Origin: a virus
Reading direction: 5' to 3' (one strand)
Virus record (IMG/VR): IMGVR_UViG_3300028025_000021
Coordinates: 1 to 30,515 of that record
Length of the DNA stretch: 30,515 nt
The translations under genes were made by a program, and so were the position numbers. The notes under the pieces are model-generated. The model was given only the letters and a program-made list of their open reading frames with translations, did not search any database and was not told the DNA's origin. Each line of letters begins with the position of its first letter. Positions within the stretch are counted from its first letter, which is position 1. Of this stretch, positions 29,646 through 30,515 are shown piece by piece.

Positions 29646-30259
29646 ATAGCGTGTTCGTCTTTTTCTACCAAAAACGCTTTTACTCGTTTGTCTTTTGGTA
29701 TGTGGCTAAACTCATGCTGTGAACGTACATCGTGTTCCGTTTCTTCCGATGGCTCAAGTTCTTTCTTTGCCCATGCTACACGTCTTATTTCGTCTAGTAC
29801 GATGTCTTCAGGTGTATCAACTAGACAATAGGCAACAATAGCGTTATGCTTACCAGTCAAATCCATGTAACCCTGAAGCTGCCAGTAGTAATCTTTGTTT
29901 GGTAACTCATCTTCAAACATAGGAAATGTCGTACCGTTCCAACTGCTTTTAACGTCTACAATTAATGTGTCCGTGATTATGTCAGGAGTACCAGTCAAAT
30001 GGTCGTTTTCAAAGAACAGTTCATTCTTAAACACGAAACCTAAATCTAAAGCCTGTTCAGCTAATTCAATAGCCATGTCTTCAACTTGGTTTCCTTTGTC
30101 TAAATAACGTGAATTTATTTCTTTCTTTATTCCGTATTTGTGTTCTAGTACCAGCTCTTTAATGTACGTCTTTGTAGTGGCAGATAGAACCTCCCCTTTT
30201 GAACGAGGGGAAGTCATTATCTTACCTATTGCTGAACATCTAATTTTTAAGTCTTTCAT
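29582..30259 (-). CDS. YqaJ/lambda-Exo-like PD-(D/E)XK recombination exonuclease
   Basis: The motifs are GTPD, IVDVKSS and YYWQLQGYM (D...DxK...QxxxY). It partners with ERF across the circular junction. Confidence 0.8.
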   Translation of the reverse strand: MKDLKIRCSAIGKIMTSPRSKGEVLSATTKTYIKELVLEHKYGIKKEINSRYLDKGNQVEDMAIELAEQALDLGFVFKNELFFENDHLTGTPDIITDTLIVDVKSSWNGTTFPMFEDELPNKDYYWQLQGYMDLTGKHNAIVAYCLVDTPEDIVLDEIRRVAWAKKELEPSEETEHDVRSQHEFSHIPKDKRVKAFLVEKDEHAIWQIKERVEQCREYYTELWNK

Positions 30260-30441
30260 AGCTTTTGTAATTCTTGTTTAACTAGTGTATAGTATTCATC
30301 AGCATAAACCTCACTCAGAAGTAAATCAACAGCTATCAATGCTGCTAAACGTGCATTCTCGTGCTGCTGCTCTGCGCTGTACGCTTCTACTAAGTCAAAG
30401 TATTTATTGAATAGGTCTATTGCTTTTTCCTTTGGATTCAT
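30256..30441 (-). CDS. Hypothetical protein (61 aa), spans the repeat/junction
   Basis: Its ATG at 30441 (= 53) overlaps the erf stop as ATGA, and its TGA overlaps the exonuclease ATG as ATGA. Confidence 0.55.
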   Translation of the reverse strand: MNPKEKAIDLFNKYFDLVEAYSAEQQHENARLAALIAVDLLLSEVYADEYYTLVKQELQKL

Positions 30442-30515
30442 AGTTCCGAGTTTAAGTAGTTTAACTGCGCCTGAGTTAATTGAAATTGTCCCTTTAACTG
30501 GTCTACTGAGTAGTT
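30389..30515. repeat. Terminal direct repeat, copy 2 (identical to 1..127)
   Basis: Exact 127-nt identity with the window start. Confidence 0.95.

Noticed and set aside
1687-30107. All plus-strand ORFs in the six-frame track (for example 1687..1959, 2090..2350, 6116..6364, 7131..7424, 14646..15056, 16664..16981, 25706..26053, 29410..29649).
   Set aside because: Each lies antisense to a longer, motif-supported minus-strand gene. Their translations are low-complexity (rich in Leu, Ser and Phe) and they show no coupling or promoter context. They are typical shadow ORFs of an AT-rich, single-strand-coded genome.
30190-30212. A CCCCT-N8-AGGGG hairpin inside the exonuclease gene, which resembles the terL insert stem.
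   Set aside because: The reading frame is continuous through it (…TSPRSKGEV…) and there are no flanking duplicated codons, so there is no evidence of an insertion.
1-30515. A search for an integrase, excisionase, CI-type repressor, tRNA genes, CRISPR arrays, toxin-antitoxin systems or known anti-defence genes.
   Set aside because: No ORF showed the relevant motifs: no tyrosine or serine recombinase signatures, no repeat-spacer arrays and no cloverleaf-capable sequences. Absence is judged by eye only and should be confirmed with HMM and tRNA-scan searches.

Overview
The window is a complete, AT-rich tailed-phage (dsDNA) genome. The first 127 nt recur exactly as the last 127 nt, giving a unit length of 30,388 bp, so the contig is circular or circularly permuted. 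Every credible gene is on the minus strand. Genes are tightly packed, with many ATGA or TAATG stop/start overlaps, and all plus-strand ORFs look like shadow ORFs. In transcription order (descending coordinates) the modules are as follows. (1) Recombination and early genes: YqaJ/lambda-Exo-like nuclease, an 82-aa SSB-like protein, then across the circular junction an ERF annealase, an HNH homing endonuclease and NinG/Rap. (2) Regulation: small HTH gene, terminator, palindromic operator, ECF-like sigma factor. (3) Packaging: TerS, a second free-standing NUMOD4-HNH homing endonuclease, and PBSX-type TerL. (4) Tail: a chaperone-like ORF pair linked by a T9 slippery run, connector proteins, two large tail-tip proteins and a tape measure protein. 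(5) Head: XkdF-like protease, scaffold, HK97-like major capsid protein, tail-tube-like protein and a portal-MuF fusion. (6) Fibres, a lysis cassette and a metallophosphatase. (7) An early operon of small proteins and a replication module (DnaA-domain-IV-like HTH, replisome organiser, DnaB/RecA-like helicase). Genes lack Shine-Dalgarno sequences and there are repeated TTG-N18-TATATTTG promoters, which points to a Bacteroidota (Flavobacteriia-like) host. No integrase or CI-type repressor was recognised. The stand-out observation is that the TerL reading frame is broken inside its Walker A motif by a 43-nt GC-rich hairpin bounded by matched GCT codons. This break lies 81 nt downstream of the end of the HNH gene. 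The arrangement parallels the T4 mobA/gene 60 translational-bypass cassette. The ORF track uses TTG starts in several places, and I have moved those starts to the ATG supported by gene coupling. Family assignments come from motif recognition by eye, not from database searches.
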